A DNA stretch of 64,000 bases from the human T2T-CHM13v2.0 reference genome, Homo sapiens (GCF_009914755.1 NC_060935.1); one strand, 5' to 3'. Counted from the first letter of the stretch, positions 26,581 through 40,380 are shown. Notes: generated from the sequence alone by a model not told the origin. A program made the numbers and translations.

Positions 26581-28389
26581 GAGACTAAGGATAGATCTCC
26601 CCAAGTAGGTGTACAGCATCAATCTGCCTGCTCATGTGCAGCCCTGTCCAAAGATCCCTCGTTTGGTGTTTCTTGCTCTCCTTCCCTCCCTCCTTCTGAT
26701 GAGAGTCTCAACAGATCACGGGTCAAGCCATCCCCTCCAGGATGAAATGGAGCTCTGTTTCATCGGGCCACTCATGCCCTCTCCCTTCCCTTGTGGATGC
26801 AGAGCTTCTCCACATCTTTGGGGGAGCTCCCCTCCAGGCCAGCAGCGCTGGGCAGCCTCGTTGCCATTCCGGCCAGAGCCTGGAGCTCAGCCCTCTGGAG
26901 GGGCACAGGGCAGCGTTCTGGCAAGCAAGCATGTCAGAGCAGCTCTGGCGTTTCCCTAGAACAATTCAAATTGCTTTTTTTACACCTCACTGCACTATGC
27001 CAACCCTGATTCACATTATTTGTGCACTCGCTAAGTGTACATTATCTGATCCGTCACCCTGTAAAACGCTGCAAGAAGAATCCGTGGCTCCTGTCTGCTG
27101 CTGACTGTGGGTCAGGCACAGAAGTCTCTGTACAAATTTTTTTGCAAAATGGGACAGACGGAATAAACCCAAAGCCACCTTCAACAATAGCCCACCATGG
27201 CTGTGAGCTGGGAGAGAAAGTCCATGCCTCCTGCCCCAGGAACTCAGGTTCTCTTGGAAAAGACTGTTCAACCAGAAAGCTCCAGCACCTTTTCTTCCCA
27301 TGGCCTCCTTTCTTTGTCACATTATTTAACAGGAGGAGATAAGCAGGAGGGGTAACAAGTCTTTGAACCCAGCTATGCAGATTTCCTCTGACTGACGCTA
27401 AGGGTCTGGAGAGAGCAGGAGGCAAGAAGGAGGTGGGATTGAGAGAGAGCAGGAGGGATGATACTCTGTCCTGTGAATATCTCAGCTTCTCTAGGGGTGA
27501 ATAGGGCTCCCTGTTCTGCTCTGCCCAAGGTACTCTGTAAATTGATCAAAGACCCTGGAATCCTTCCATTCTGGGTCAGCTGGGAGCTCTGCTAACTGGC
27601 AGCTCCCCATACCAAACCCTAGAAATAGCTTATCTGTAGGAAGCCCAAGTTTTCTAAAGTTATTAGAAAATTGCTGGCTCTTACTTTTGACCAGATATCA
27701 TTCTGCCCTTCTGCTTCTCTCTTCTATAAATCTGGGTAAATGGGACACTTTTGTTCTTAGAGATCTCACTCTATCCCAAATGGCCACTGAAATATTGACA
27801 ATTCATCCCATTGAAGATCAGGGGCTTATTTCTAAATGGGAACTGCCAGGATCTTCTGCAGGTTGGATGAAAGCCCCTGTCCAGATTTGAAAGTGGATCC
27901 CACGTTCTGCAGGGAGAGCTTCAGATTCATCCTCACATTGAAGACAAATGACTTTCCCTGCAAGCGTCCAGGTTTCCTGCACCATCTTAGGTCTGTGTTT
28001 AATTTGCTGCATGTGTATGGAGAACACACAGGGTACACGAGCCTATCCTAGGGCCTGTGGATTGGAGAAAGTGGAACAAGAAAAAGACCTGGTCCCTGCC
28101 CTGGGGTTGCTTATGATCTGGTTGGATTGACAAATAGCTCTCTTTCCCAGCTGTTCCTGATTTGGTTCCAGCCTCAGGGCTCCTGAAGGGCATTTTGCAG
28201 CAGTGAAGCCCAGGGGTCGCCCAGCTGAGAACCACATTTCCTTTCTTTTGGCAGGAGCCGGCAGCTTCCACATGGGAGCTCAAATCTCAATGAAAACAAG
28301 AAATCTGATGCCTCACTGACAACTCATTTTCTCAACCTTCATTCTAGGGAAAGGCGACTTTGTGTTCCAGCTGCCATATTGTAGCTGCA

Positions 28390-28700
28390 ACCCCTGATGC
28401 ACCATCAATTAAAAACAGCAATAATTATGCATGGGAAAAAGCCACAGATAATAGGCTTCCATTAGATTAAGTAGTTATATGAATAAAAAAAATACAACCT
28501 ATACTTCGGCTAATTAAACCCACTCACCATCTGATTAAGATGTGTTGTGAGACCATGGAAAACTACCAACCACTAACTGTAAGTAATCCGGCACAGATGG
28601 GAATTAATAGTACATTCCCTGGTTTAGAGATAATGGATCTCCATAGAGGTTGATCAGAATCATTAATAAGCATCGACAGGATGGACAGTACAAAACAGCT
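28390..28700. promoter_or_regulatory. Candidate developmental enhancer (homeodomain plus bHLH motif cluster)
   Basis: Repeat-free AT-rich block containing ATCAAT, ATAATTATGCAT, GCTAATTA, CCATCTG, TAATCC and CAGATGG. Confidence 0.5.
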
Positions 28701-28779
28701 GGTGCCTAATGTTGGGGTGGAGCAGGCCATGTTCTTAATTCCACTCCACCTACTGAGATGAGCCGGAAGACGGATAGAT

Positions 28780-29560
28780 GTGCTGAGACGCCATCAGAGC
28801 TGAGGTTCTACGGGAGTTCTGGACTTGCTGCCTGGGCTCGAGGGAGCTGAAAAGGAATCGGGACCCAACCAAAGGGTGGGAGTTGGCCCCGCTGCTCGGC
28901 TTTGCAAGGATCTACTCCAAGGGTAGCTAGAACCAAAGCTTCCGCTCTCCGGGAAGGCAGCCTGCCCGTTACCCAGAGAGGCTCTCTCCTAGGGGCGTGG
29001 CTTGGGTTACCATGGGAACCAGGCCTGGTTGACATATCCCAGGGCTGCTGTTTTGGGGACTGAGAATTCAGGGCTAGTCCCAGAAATAACGCCTGGGAGT
29101 AGCAGCTGTGGGGAGAGATACGAGCGTGTCCGCTGCGTGGGGAGTGCGGAGGGGATCCGAGGGAGGTGGCCGGCCAGAGCGCCCTAGGACACAGTGTTCC
29201 CAATGTCCGTTTAGAGCTACTCTCCAGCCTCCAGCTTCTGTCCTTAGGAGCAGCTGCGAGGAGAGCACCCGGGCCCTGCCTTCTAATTACCACTAATTAG
29301 GTAAATGCGGAGACGCCTCTCTCTCCCTCCCCCGACCTACAAAGGCAACTGAGAGACACACAGAGAGGTCACACACAGCCGTTTCCAAATGGAGACAGGC
29401 AAGGGTGATGTGGCCTGAATACCAAGCAGCCGCTGCCCAAGGGAAGGGGAGCGGGGACAGGGCAGGAGGCTTCCGAGCGTGTGGCCCCTAGCTAGGGAGG
29501 CACCGAGGCGGGAGAGGGAGCCCAGGCCACTTTCCCAGCCTGGGTTCCTGGCTCCCCCGC
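28780..29560. promoter_or_regulatory. Weak orphan CpG-rich segment
   Basis: High GC with many retained CpGs in non-repeat sequence; thresholds not computed. Confidence 0.5.
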
Positions 29561-29801
29561 CTTGACTGTGCAGGGGTGTCTGGTTGAGGAGGGAAGTCCT
29601 AGATCAGTCCCCAGTCCCAGTCCTCGGAGGGTTTGCTCTTTCTGGAAGTCCTTGGCTCAGGATCCTTGGACTTGTCTGTGGGTTTGGTTCTTCTCCTGGT
29701 TGTCTGGATGGGAGGGGAGGGGCCTAGGCTTGCTGGGGCTGTGTGTAGGGTCAAAGGCACTATGGATCCTAATGGAGAACCTCAGGGCAAAACCAACAGT
29801 A

Positions 29802-30151
29802 CTGCCATACCCATGGATGTGGTGCAGGTTCGGTTCCAAACCATAGCAAAGCAAATATAGCAATAAAGCAAGTCACACAAGTTTTTTGGTTTCCCAGTGT
29901 GTATAAAAGTTATGTTTGCACTATAGTTGATTAGGTGTGCAATGGCATTATGTCTAAAAGAGCGTATACCTTAATTTTAAAATATTTTATTGATAAAAAT
30001 GCTAACACAGAGACATGAAGTCAGCACGTGCTGTTGGAAAATGGCACTGATAGACCTGCTCAATGCTGGGTTGCCACAAACATTCAATTTGTAAAAAAAT
30101 CTAACCTGCGGAGCATAATAAAGCAAAGTGCCATAAAAGGAGGTCTGCCTG
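29802..30151. mobile_element. Internally deleted Tigger1-type (TcMar) DNA transposon
   Basis: Left end TA-ctgccatacc...gcaggttcggttcca...gcaataaagcaagtcacac...ggtttcccagtg...aaaagttatgttt; right end ataaaaggaggtctgcctg matches a CAGGCATACCTC-type TIR. Confidence 0.8.
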
Positions 30152-30496
30152 TGGTTTTTTATCTTTTCCTTGGGCTGTGGGTGGGGGCCAATACCTGTCC
30201 CTGAAATAGGTATGGAAGCTCACCTATTTTAAGTTTGAGGCAATACATTGGCTTAAAGGGTTTTTTGTTTGTCTTCATTTTTATTTTTAATAGGTATCAC
30301 TTCCTTATCTTACCCCTAACCTCATAAAGCTGGTGGTGTAAAGGGAATGGCCATCCCATTTTTCAGATGAAAAACACTGAGGCTGGCTGATCTCATCTTG
30401 CAGAGGTCAGCCCACACTCCCCTCTCTGAGAGTGTAAAACATAACAAAACAAAACAAAACTGAGGCCAAGAGTGGGGATGTGGCTGGGTGCTGGTT

Positions 30497-30800
30497 CTTT
30501 TGTTTTTGTTTTTGTTTTTCTTTGAGACAAGGTCTCGCTCTGTCAGGCTGTAGTGCAGTGGTGTGATTGTGGCTCACAGCAGCCTCAACCTCCTGGGCTT
30601 AAGCGATCCTCCCGCGTCAGCCTCCCTAGTAGCTGGGCTACAGGTGCTTGCCAGCACACCCAGCTAATTTTTGTATTTTGGGTGGGAATAGAGTTTCACC
30701 ATGTTGCCTAGACTGCTCTTGAACTCCTGGGTTCAAGTGATCTTCCAACCTTGGCTTCCCAAAGTGCTGGGATTACAGATGTGAGCCACCACGCCCAGCC
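30497..30800 (-). mobile_element. AluJ
   Basis: Full dimer, cagcctcaacctcctgggct. Confidence 0.92.
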
Positions 30801-30870
30801 TCGTTCATTTTGACATCATAGTCAAAGCAAAAACCCAAAGTATCTGAAGTTCTAGGCAATCTACTAATAA

Positions 30871-31285
<415 letters not shown>

Positions 31286-31491
31286 TGAAAAATGTTCCAT
31301 GTTTGTACAAGCACGTATGTTTATCTATATGTCTTTTCCTCAAGACATATACGTTATAATATTTCTAAGAAAACTATAATGCTGCTTTACAACTTTACTT
31401 TTTCATTTGTCTATTATACTTTTATTACCTGTTACAGTTTACAAAATGCTTTAATTCTCACATTAACCCATCAAGTTAAGTTAGATGGGCA

Positions 31492-31808
31492 TTATTTTTA
31501 TTTATTAATTTTAATTTTTATTTTTTTGAGACGAGGTCTCATTCTGTCACCCAGGCTGAGTGCAGTGGTGGGATCATGATTCACTGCAGCCTCAACCTCC
31601 TGGGGTCAAGCGTTCTCTAGCTTCAGCCTCTCTATCAGCTGGGACTGTAGGCATGTCCTCATGTCCAGCTTTTTTTTTTTTTTTTTTTTGGAGAGATAGG
31701 ATCTCACTATGTTGCCTAGGCTAGTCTTGAACTCCTGGACTCAATTGATTTGCCCACCTTGGCCTCCCAAAGTGCTAGGACTACAGGTGTGAGCCTCGTG
31801 CAGTGGCC
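31492..31808 (-). mobile_element. AluJ
   Basis: Full diverged dimer; TSD atgggcatta. Confidence 0.92.
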
Positions 31809-31809
31809 A

Positions 31810-32660
31810 GAATGGGCATTAGTATCTCTAGTTTTCAGGCAATGAAACAGATTCAGAGAGGTTAAGTCATTTGTCTACTGTTACACAGCTGTTTATTGCT
31901 AGAGTCAGAACTCCAACCTGGGTATTTTGGATTCAAGTCCAATAATCTGTGTTATCTGGTTGAATCCCCACAACAACTCCATGGGATGAGCACTATTATT
32001 TCCCTCCTCAGTTCACAGACGAGGAAACTGAGTGACAGGCAGCTTAAATAACTTGCTCAGGGTCATCCTGCTAGGAATGATAGATGCTGGGGTTCAAACC
32101 TGAGTCTGCCTCCAGAGTCTTCAATCTTCACTTCTACACCACACTGTCACTTCCTCTGTGCCAGGAACTACTAGACGCTCTTCATGTATGTTTAGCTCCT
32201 TTGATCCTCACGACAACCCTGTATCAGGTACTAATGACAACATTGCACCACAGGCTCCTTCACCAATGTCCCAAGCTCAGAAATAAGGCATCTCCCCACA
32301 GTGCTGGGAGACTTCCAAGGCCACAGGACCTACCGGGATATGGAGCAAATTTATGAGTGGGGCAAAAGGAACACCCAGGCAAATCTTAGTAATAATAACA
32401 CTAAAGATGCTACTACTACTAACGCTAATAATAATACAAGCTATCAATAAGTTAGTGCTTACATACCAGGTCTGGGCTAAAGGCTTTACATATTATACCT
32501 CTTTGTTTCATTTTTATAACAACCCTGTGATGGAAGGATTGTCATCCTCATGTTATAGATGGAGAACCTAAGGCTCAGAGAGGTTCAGTGTCATTCCTTA
32601 GGTCACGCAGCTTTTAAGTCGAAGAGCCAAGATTGGCCCCAGGCCTATCTCATCCTGAAG
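31810..32660 (-). mobile_element. Cluster of 3-4 co-oriented MIR fragments
   Basis: Cores at about 31840 (cagagaggttaagtcatt), 32015 (cagacgaggaaactgag), 32200 (tgatcctcacgacaaccctgt) and 32555 (tagatggagaacctaaggctcagagaggtt). Confidence 0.75.
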
Positions 32661-33979
32661 CCTGGCTTTGTTTCTGCCCAGCCTGTATCTTGTTTTTCCA
32701 GACCAGTTGGGGCATCAGCATCTTCTTTCTTTTTTAATTCCAAGGCTTGGGACAACTTCAGCTGCCTGCCTGGGGAGGAGTGGTCAGTCTATGGCGATAG
32801 CCTCTTCCATTTCAGAAGAATAATGGTTCCTGTCACGGATCCAATCTGCTCCCAACTCTCCTGTAAAAGCAGCCCCCTAGGCTATTTGCGTTTATAGGCT
32901 GGCTCGGCTGGAGATGTTACCAGGGTTGGAGCATCTCGCTCCCTCCACCCCACCTTGAACTCTTACAGCATTTGAGATGCATCTCTTGGGACTTTGAGCC
33001 TTCCTCTTATTACAGTTAGTTGGGTTCTTGTCAGTTGACTTCATAGGGTATAGGCACCACTAAAAACCCCAAAGCAGGTAGTTTAGAGTTTGCAAATAAT
33101 AGGTGCTAAACAAATGAGCCCTCCAGTACCACATTGACTGGAGTTTTTAGAGTCAGGCTTTCCTGGCAGGAGCTCTATGTGTGAAACATTCTTTACAATC
33201 AGCCTGCATTTGAGGCTCCATCCTCAAATGTCCTTCCCTCTCATGGCTTGTGCTGGAGAAGGGAGGCTGACTTCCTGCCAACCCTCTCTCCTTGGTGCTT
33301 CTGCATAGGGGGCTTCCTGGTTCCCACCAGCACCTTGGCTGTCCACTGCAGGGTTGCAGAGGATGCCCGTGAGACAGTCCTGGTAAAAATTCAAGGTTCG
33401 GGCCAAGGAAGCTGCTGCCATTTTGGTTTCCCAGCATTCTCAGGGGCCAAAGGCGTGAGGCGTTCAAAGCAAAACAGCTCAGAAATGCAGTCTGCAAGCT
33501 GACAAACAGCTGTGCATTTGTGCAAGTCCAGAAACAAAACTGTATGTATGTATATACCTCCCAAATGCTGTTCTGTGAAGCAGAGGCCAGATGCAATTTC
33601 TCCCTGGTTATATGGGGAAGGGGAGAGCTGGAATGGAGTTTAACTCCACTCTGGAGTGCTAAGTGCTATGGGACGACTTGAGACCTCATGGTCTGTAGTT
33701 GTTGGGGAGGGGCAGACTGCTACACTCCTCCCTGCCCCTACCATCCACCGTCCCCCTCCCCTTGCAACTCCTCCCTGCTGCCCCCAGGGAACCTTCCTGA
33801 TTGCCCCAGGCCCAATTAACAAGCCTTTCGCTGTTTTCCAGTGCATCCTGGCACACATCTGTCAGTACACAGAATCACAATGTGCTCTTTTAGGATGTGT
33901 TTCTCCAACAGACAAGGGTCAAATCCTGCTCATTTTCCTCCTCCAGGCAGGGAACCTCAGTGAATCCTGTTAACGAACA

Positions 33980-34140
33980 ATGACTTAGACCTGGATTCAA
34001 ATCCAGACTCTGCTACTAACCAGTGTGACCTTGTGCAACTTAATTGACTTCTTTGAGTCTTAGCTGCTTTAGGTTTAAGGTCATAATAGTGGTTCCTACA
34101 TCACAGGGTTGCCATGAGGAGTTAACGAATATTACAAGTA
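33980..34140 (+). mobile_element. MIR
   Basis: agacctggattcaaatccagactctgctact...tgtgaccttg...cctacatcacagggttg. Confidence 0.75.
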
Positions 34141-34332
34141 TAACTGTTAGTCATTTCCTTCTCTGCGCTCAGGGGAGATGCTATCTGAATGATCCCTGCC
34201 CCTTTTTTCTATCCTGATCACCAAGTCCCTAGCACCTTGCTCTGTAAAGTTTTGACCAGCTTGGTACAGGTACCAGTTCCTAGAAAATGCTGCCGCTAAG
34301 ATCTAGACATGCCCTGCTCCAAATAGTTTTCC

Positions 34333-34654
34333 TGGCTAGGTCCGATGGCTCACACCTGTAATCTTAGCACTTTGGGAGGCCAAGGCAGGAGGATCGCTTG
34401 GGGCCAGGAGTTTGAGACCAGCCTGGGCAATATAGCCAGACCATGTCTCTACAAAAACATGAAAAAAAAAAAAAAAAAAAAGCCAGGTATGGTGGTACAA
34501 GCCTGTAATCCCAGCTACTTGGGAGGCTAGGATGAGAGGCTCTCTTGAGTCCAGGAGTTCAAGGATGCAGCGAACTATGATTGCGCCACTGTACTCCAGC
34601 CTGGGTAACAGAGTGAGACTCCCTCCCCACCATCAAAAAAAAAAAAAAAAAAAA
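34333..34654 (+). mobile_element. AluJ
   Basis: Full dimer with expanded A linker and A tail. Confidence 0.93.
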
Positions 34655-35040
34655 GTGTTTTTAGGTGTATAGTGCCGTAGCGTTAAGTACATTCATATTG
34701 TTGTGCAACCATCACCACCATCCGTTTCCAGAACTCTTCATCTTGCAAAACTAAAATTCTGTACCCATGAAATACCAACTCCCCATTATTCCCTTCCTCC
34801 AGCTCCTGGCAAATGCCATTCTACTTTCTATCTCTGAATTTGATTACTGTAGGTACCTCATATAAGTGGAATGTTTGTCTATCGGTGACTGGCTTATTTC
34901 TTTAGCACAAGTTCCTCCAGTTTCATCCATGTTGTAGCATGTGTCAGAATATCCTTCCTCTTTAAGGCTGAATAATATTACATTGTATGTTATTTACCAC
35001 ATTTTGCTTATCCAGGCATCTGTGGATGGAGACATAGGTG
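34655..35040 (-). mobile_element. L1MB-type LINE-1 3' fragment
   Basis: ttaagtacattcatattgttgtgcaaccatcaccacc...ccattctacttt...ttcatccatgttgtagcatgtgtcagaat...taaggctgaataatatt. Confidence 0.88.
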
Positions 35041-35119
35041 AAGTTTTAAGCTCCACGTTGGTGTAGCTTTCCTTTCCTTCCTTTCCACAGGTAATGTGGA
35101 ATTGACTAACTGTTTATCC

Positions 35120-35480
35120 ATTCACGTGTTGTTACATTCAGTGAGGGCTCATATAGCATCTCTAGTTTACCAAGCTCTGTGATAAGCTTTGTAGATGATG
35201 AGAGAAATAAAACAGTACTCCTGCTCTCAAAATGCTCTCAGACCTAGCGGGGAGCTAGTTCTTTAATTAGGGCTCAGTGAGGGCTGTGTAGAGGAGGGGT
35301 GGTGGATTTCTACGGCAGGGATGATGGGGGTGTGTACCAGGAAAGACTTCACAGGAGGTGACATTTGAGCTGTGTCCTGACAGATGAGTAGGTGTTTGCC
35401 AGGCCAAGAGGCCTGGGTAGGGCCTTCCATGTAGGGGAGCAGTCCAGGTGGGAGGGAGCAGTGTGGAAGGAGGGTGAGAT
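35120..35480 (-). mobile_element. L2 relic
   Basis: ctcctgctctcaaaatgctctcagacctagcgggg...ggaaagacttcacaggaggtgacatttgagctg. Confidence 0.65.
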
Positions 35481-35688
35481 AGCAGGGTCCCTGGACAGGC
35501 TGCAGGCAGTGCTAGTGACTGGGGCACAGTGGGGGACAAGGCACAGAGATACATGAGGCTCCTGGAGCAGGAGGGGGCCAGATTAGTGCAGGGTCCTGTT
35601 TACCACACAAGGAGCTGGATGCTATAAAGGAACCAGTGCTGGAGAAGCCTCATGGTGACGTTTCCAGGGAAAGACAATTGAAACCATG

Positions 35689-36039
35689 TAATATGGTTTG
35701 GCTGTGTCCCCACCCGAATCTCATCTCGAATTGCAATCCGAATTGTAACCTCCATGTGTTGGGGGAAGGAACTGGTGGGAGGTGATCGGATCACCGGGCA
35801 GTTTCCCCCATGCTGTTCTCGTGATAGTGAGTTTTCACGAGAGCTGATGGTTTCATAAGTGACAGTTTCCACACTCTCTCGCCTCATGTAAGAGGTGCCT
35901 GCTTCCTCTTCCACCATGGTTATAAGTTTCCTGAGGTCTCCCCAGCCATGCGGAACTCTGAGTCAATTAAACCTCTTTTCCTTATAAATTACCCAGTCTT
36001 GGGCATTTCTTTATAGCACTGTGAAAATGGACTAATACA
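35689..36039 (+). mobile_element. Solo THE1 (ERVL-MaLR) LTR, complete
   Basis: (T)AATATGGTTTGGCTGTGTCCCCACCC...GAGTCAATTAAACCTCTTT...GGACTAATACA; 5-bp TSD CCATG at 35684-35688 and 36040-36044. Confidence 0.93.
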
Positions 36040-36399
36040 CCATGCTAGGTGTTCTCCTGCATGGAAGGGCTAGTGATCCATAAATGGAGGATTAAGGAGA
36101 ATTAACTGGGTCCCTTGCTTAGGCCTAAGTGAGACGATCTTAGAGGTGCCTGTTGTGTTACTGGGGGCTGGTGTTAGTGTCAGTGGTAAGGAAATGGATA
36201 CCTAAGGAATACCGCCCAGCTGCACTCTCAAAAACTCACAAGCTCAAAAATGCCCATTCTGGACCAAAGTAGCTAACAGAGTCAGCTCCAGGTTTCAATT
36301 TTGGAGGAAACAGGAAATCCATTGAATTGGAAATATTGTCAGACTGAACAATTAGGGGCAAGCTGGGACTATCAGAAATTTACTGAAGAGAAGAGGGAA

Positions 36400-36605
36400 A
36401 CTTGGAGTTGAGTCAGAATACCTGATTCAGATCCTGTTTCTCTTAGTCACCAGCTATGTGACATATGAAAAATTGCTTGACTTCTCTGAACCTGTTACCT
36501 CATCTGTAAAAGAGGGATGACAAGACCCACTTTACTTATTTTTCATTAGGAACTCAGGAATAATCCAAATAAATGAGATAGTATGGGTGATTACAACTGT
36601 GAGGC
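36400..36605 (+). mobile_element. MIR
   Basis: gagtcagaatacctg...cagctatgtgac...cttctctgaacct...ctcatctgtaaaa. Confidence 0.7.
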
Positions 36606-37589
36606 ATCGTTACTGCATCATTGCCCTGAGCCCCCTTGCCTGGCACAAATGAGGGTCTGCACTGGACATGAAAGGTGGGGTGGCTTGCAGAACATAGTCA
36701 GGGGAGCATGAAGGGAGGTGAAGGAGTCGAGCTAGGACTTCTGCAGCACAGATGTGGGTGAAAAATCCCCTATCCTTTGGGTGTCGGTAGCAGAAATGTA
36801 CTCAGAGGCTGCTCTGGGATGTGCTGGTAACAGGGCCTGGACTGAGACCCCGTGGTTGTGTCAGTGTCGACTTTAGGTGACTCTTCCCCCTTACCTGAGG
36901 ATGCTGCTGCCTAGGATCTCTCTCTGTGGACAGACGTAGCTGAGGTCACTGAGAGTTAGTGCCATGCCAGCTGGTCCCAGGAACAGAGCACCAAATCCGA
37001 ATTCAGGAAGGAAAGCCCAATTCCAAGTCCTGGCACTGTACCAGTTTCCTTACCTGTGACTCTGAAATTATACCTTCCTTATCTGGTGGGCATTACATGT
37101 GAAAGTGCTTTTTAAACTGTAAAGAGCTGAAGAAATGCCATTTCTTGTATTGCCCTTCCCCTATCAGGCAGCTAAAAGACGGTGCTGTCTTCACACACAC
37201 ACACGGTAGCGGTTCTCACCAATTCTGGGTCTATGGGGCCCGCCCATCCACCCAGCCTCGGCCGCCCAGGACGCCTGTAAAAGCTAAGAATACATTATAA
37301 AACTGCTGTAAGGTTTTATGAGTCCTCTTTCCCAGTGACCGATCTTGGCGCTGTGAGTCATACCAGCATTCGTATATGGGACTTGGAGCGTGGGGCCGGG
37401 ACTAGGAGAACAGCTGGGACAGGGAGAGGTAGCTTCAAGGGAGCCAGTGGAGTGGCAGGATTGTGTGGCCTCAAAAGGGTTCAGCTCGGGGTGACCTTGG
37501 CTGACTCTTCTGCCGCCTCGATTGGGCTATTTGGTTTGATCCCAGAGATGGGAAGGAAAAAGAAAGAGTGGGGAGCGGGGACAAGATGC

Positions 37590-37800
37590 AGTGGTACAGC
37601 ACAGAAGTTTGGAGTCAAACAGGCCTCAGCATGGGTCTCACCTCCTCCACTTTCTAGCTGTGTGGCTAGGGCAGGCCATGCAGTGTCTTTAGTCTTAATT
37701 TTATCATCTGCAAAATGAGGCCAATAATAGTGTGTATGGTTGTTCATATGAAATAATGGATGTAAAGCGCTTAGCAAGGTGTCTGGAAGAAAGTGATCAA
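37590..37800 (+). mobile_element. MIR
   Basis: tttggagtcaaacagg...tagctgtgtggc...catctgcaaaatga...gtaaagcgcttagca. Confidence 0.75.
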
Positions 37801-38139
37801 TATTACATTAAAATATAATACTTATTTTTTTGATGGTTAATAATTTAAATTTCAAATATTATTTTTATGCAGTGATTAGTACTTTGTAGTGTCCAATAAA
37901 TATTTTCTGAATAAATAAGTGAAAGGATGAATGAATGAACAAATGCACAAACTGAAAGAGCTGAAAAAGAGGAAAACAAAGGAAAGAAAAGAAAACCTTG
38001 CTTGAACATCACCTTCTCTACAAAACTCTCTCTGGCTTTTATTTTCATCACCCGCAAATTGAGAGTTAGAGATTAGTTTATCTTCAAGGTCTCTCCCAGC
38101 CCTCATATCTGAAGACTCTTGATTCACTACTTAATTCAT

Positions 38140-38545
38140 GCCTTGACCGAATATTTATTGAGCATCTACTATATGCTCAGCAGTATTCTAGGTACGATGA
38201 AAAAAACACACGAAACCCTTGCCCTCTCAACACTTGCTTTCTAGTAGTGGCAGAGGTGAAACACACAAAAGACATGATGAATAAATCAGTTAAATACTAA
38301 ACTAGAAGTCATTAGGTGTTAGAGAGAACTAGAAAGCAGGGTAAGGGAGGTGGTGAACACTGAATTCTGGGGGAAGGGTATTGCAGTTTTAAGTAGGGAG
38401 GTCATGGTAGTTCTCCACTGACATGGTGCCCTTTGAGCAAAGACTCAGAGGTGGTGGAGGAGTGAGGTGTGCTGATATCTGGGGAATCTAGACAGAACAG
38501 CCCATGAAAAGGTCCTGAGGCAGGAGCTTGTCCTGCATGTTAGAA
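38140..38545 (-). mobile_element. L2
   Basis: aatatttattgagcatctactatatgc...tttgagcaaagact...tgatatctgggg...aaaggtcctgaggcaggag. Confidence 0.8.
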
Positions 38546-40380
38546 GACCAGCAAGGAGAACCCTACCCCATCTTCTTCGACAAAGAAGGCAGACTGGACC
38601 AGGGGAGGCCTCCAGCTGTGGTTCATCAACCTTCTTCCCCACCTGTACCCCCTCTGTTCCTGTCCCCACTTTCTCTACGTCTCTCCTGGTCAAGGCTCTC
38701 CTCCCCGAGAACAGATGGTATTGAGGAGGACGTTTCTTTTTAACTTGAATAACTTAAATGTTATCAATTCCTCTGCTGGGTGGAAATGAAACCCCAAACC
38801 TCTGGTTGAGCAGGAGGGATTGAGGAGTGGCTGTTAATCATGCATTTGAAATTGGAAGAAAGAAGCAGGTGAGGAAGGTGGCCAGGGCTAGGCAAAGGCA
38901 AAGGAGATAGGCTCTCTGGCGAGGCTCGGAGACAGAGGCTGACACCTGCTTCATTCTGCCTCGTGGTGGGAAGAACATTGGAGTGGGAGTCAGGCCACCA
39001 GGTGCAGATCGGACCCTGGAAGCTGGGAAACCTTACTCAAGTCATTTCACTCTCCAGACCTCTGTTTCCTCCCCTCTGTAATTTCAGGGTGTTGAACTTG
39101 GAGATGTCTAATATTCTTCAAGTCTAGCGGTCATGTTTCTATTTTTCCCATAAGACTATAGACTCCTAGAAGGATAAGTCAGATTGTCTTTCTGTTCTTG
39201 GCGTCTGTATCACAGGGATGGTGTTTGATGGGTAAATGGAGGGCTTGAGTCTTAGGGGAAGGAGCTTCCCTACAGCCTGCAGCCTTTGTTGAAGAAGCTC
39301 TTATCAAGAGATAGCCTTAAGCTATAGCTCTGTGCCTGCTGTGGCCTCAGACATCCTGCTTTTCTGAGGATTGACCTCTTCAGCCCAAGGGACCTTCTAT
39401 CAAGGGGTAGTTGATAGGAAGAATCAGTTTGTTTACTTTTCATTAACTTCTCTTAAGTGGGCTGTGTGTACAGGGAAAGGATGCTGGGAGCTGATTAGCT
39501 GTGCAGATAGGCAGATAGGCAGAGACCATCTTAGGCCAATTCACTTCTCTCTTCCTCACTCCTCAGTTCAGAGCCATGGCTCCACAAAAGCCTCCCAGTC
39601 CCCCTCCTGGGAGTCTCTAGGCTTGCTTTGGTCTCACCTGGAATCCAGCTGCCCTAATAAAGGGAACCTATGTTCCCGCATGCGTCTCCACACTCCTCCA
39701 GAGCGAGGCCTGCTGGCTGCGTGCAAGGCCCAGTAATCGCCCCACTATTGATCTGCGGATGGTAATTCTCAAGCAGCCATCGGTGCTCTGCAGGGGGCTG
39801 CATGGTGGGGATGTGGTGATTATGGAGCAGTGGCCTGGACTGTTAAGGAGTCACTGGGAAGCTTCAGTGGCCCTCGACTCTGCTTGGCATTCCCAAGGCT
39901 CATTGAGGTGGTGCCTCTGCACTTCTGCCCTCCTGAGCAGTGGCAGCAGGGAGGATGGAAAGCACTGTGAGGAGTTCTACTCCTAACCCTGATTGGTTAG
40001 TGAGGTAGGAGGCAGGGAATACAGGAAGTACTGTGGACTTTGCACGCAGAGCTTGGCAGCACCTCTTCCCATCAAGAGCTGAGGTGTCGCCAGTGACCTA
40101 AGCGCCTTCCCATGGGAAAGTAGCACCAGATGACTAAACCACAACCAAGTGCAAAAGGCGCCCGAGCCACTGACTTAAAAGAAGTAGTGAACATAAAGAA
40201 AATCATGAAAACTAGCTTCAGCCCCTTATATACATGCCATCAATCCCAAGTAGAGAAATCCCTCAAACCCTGGCTTCTCTCCCCAGGGAGGGCTCTGAGA
40301 TACACTGCAAAGATGCTGGGCCCAGAACTTTAGGTGTTCCCGTGACATGTTGTGAGACTTCTGGGGAGAAGCTGTGAGAG

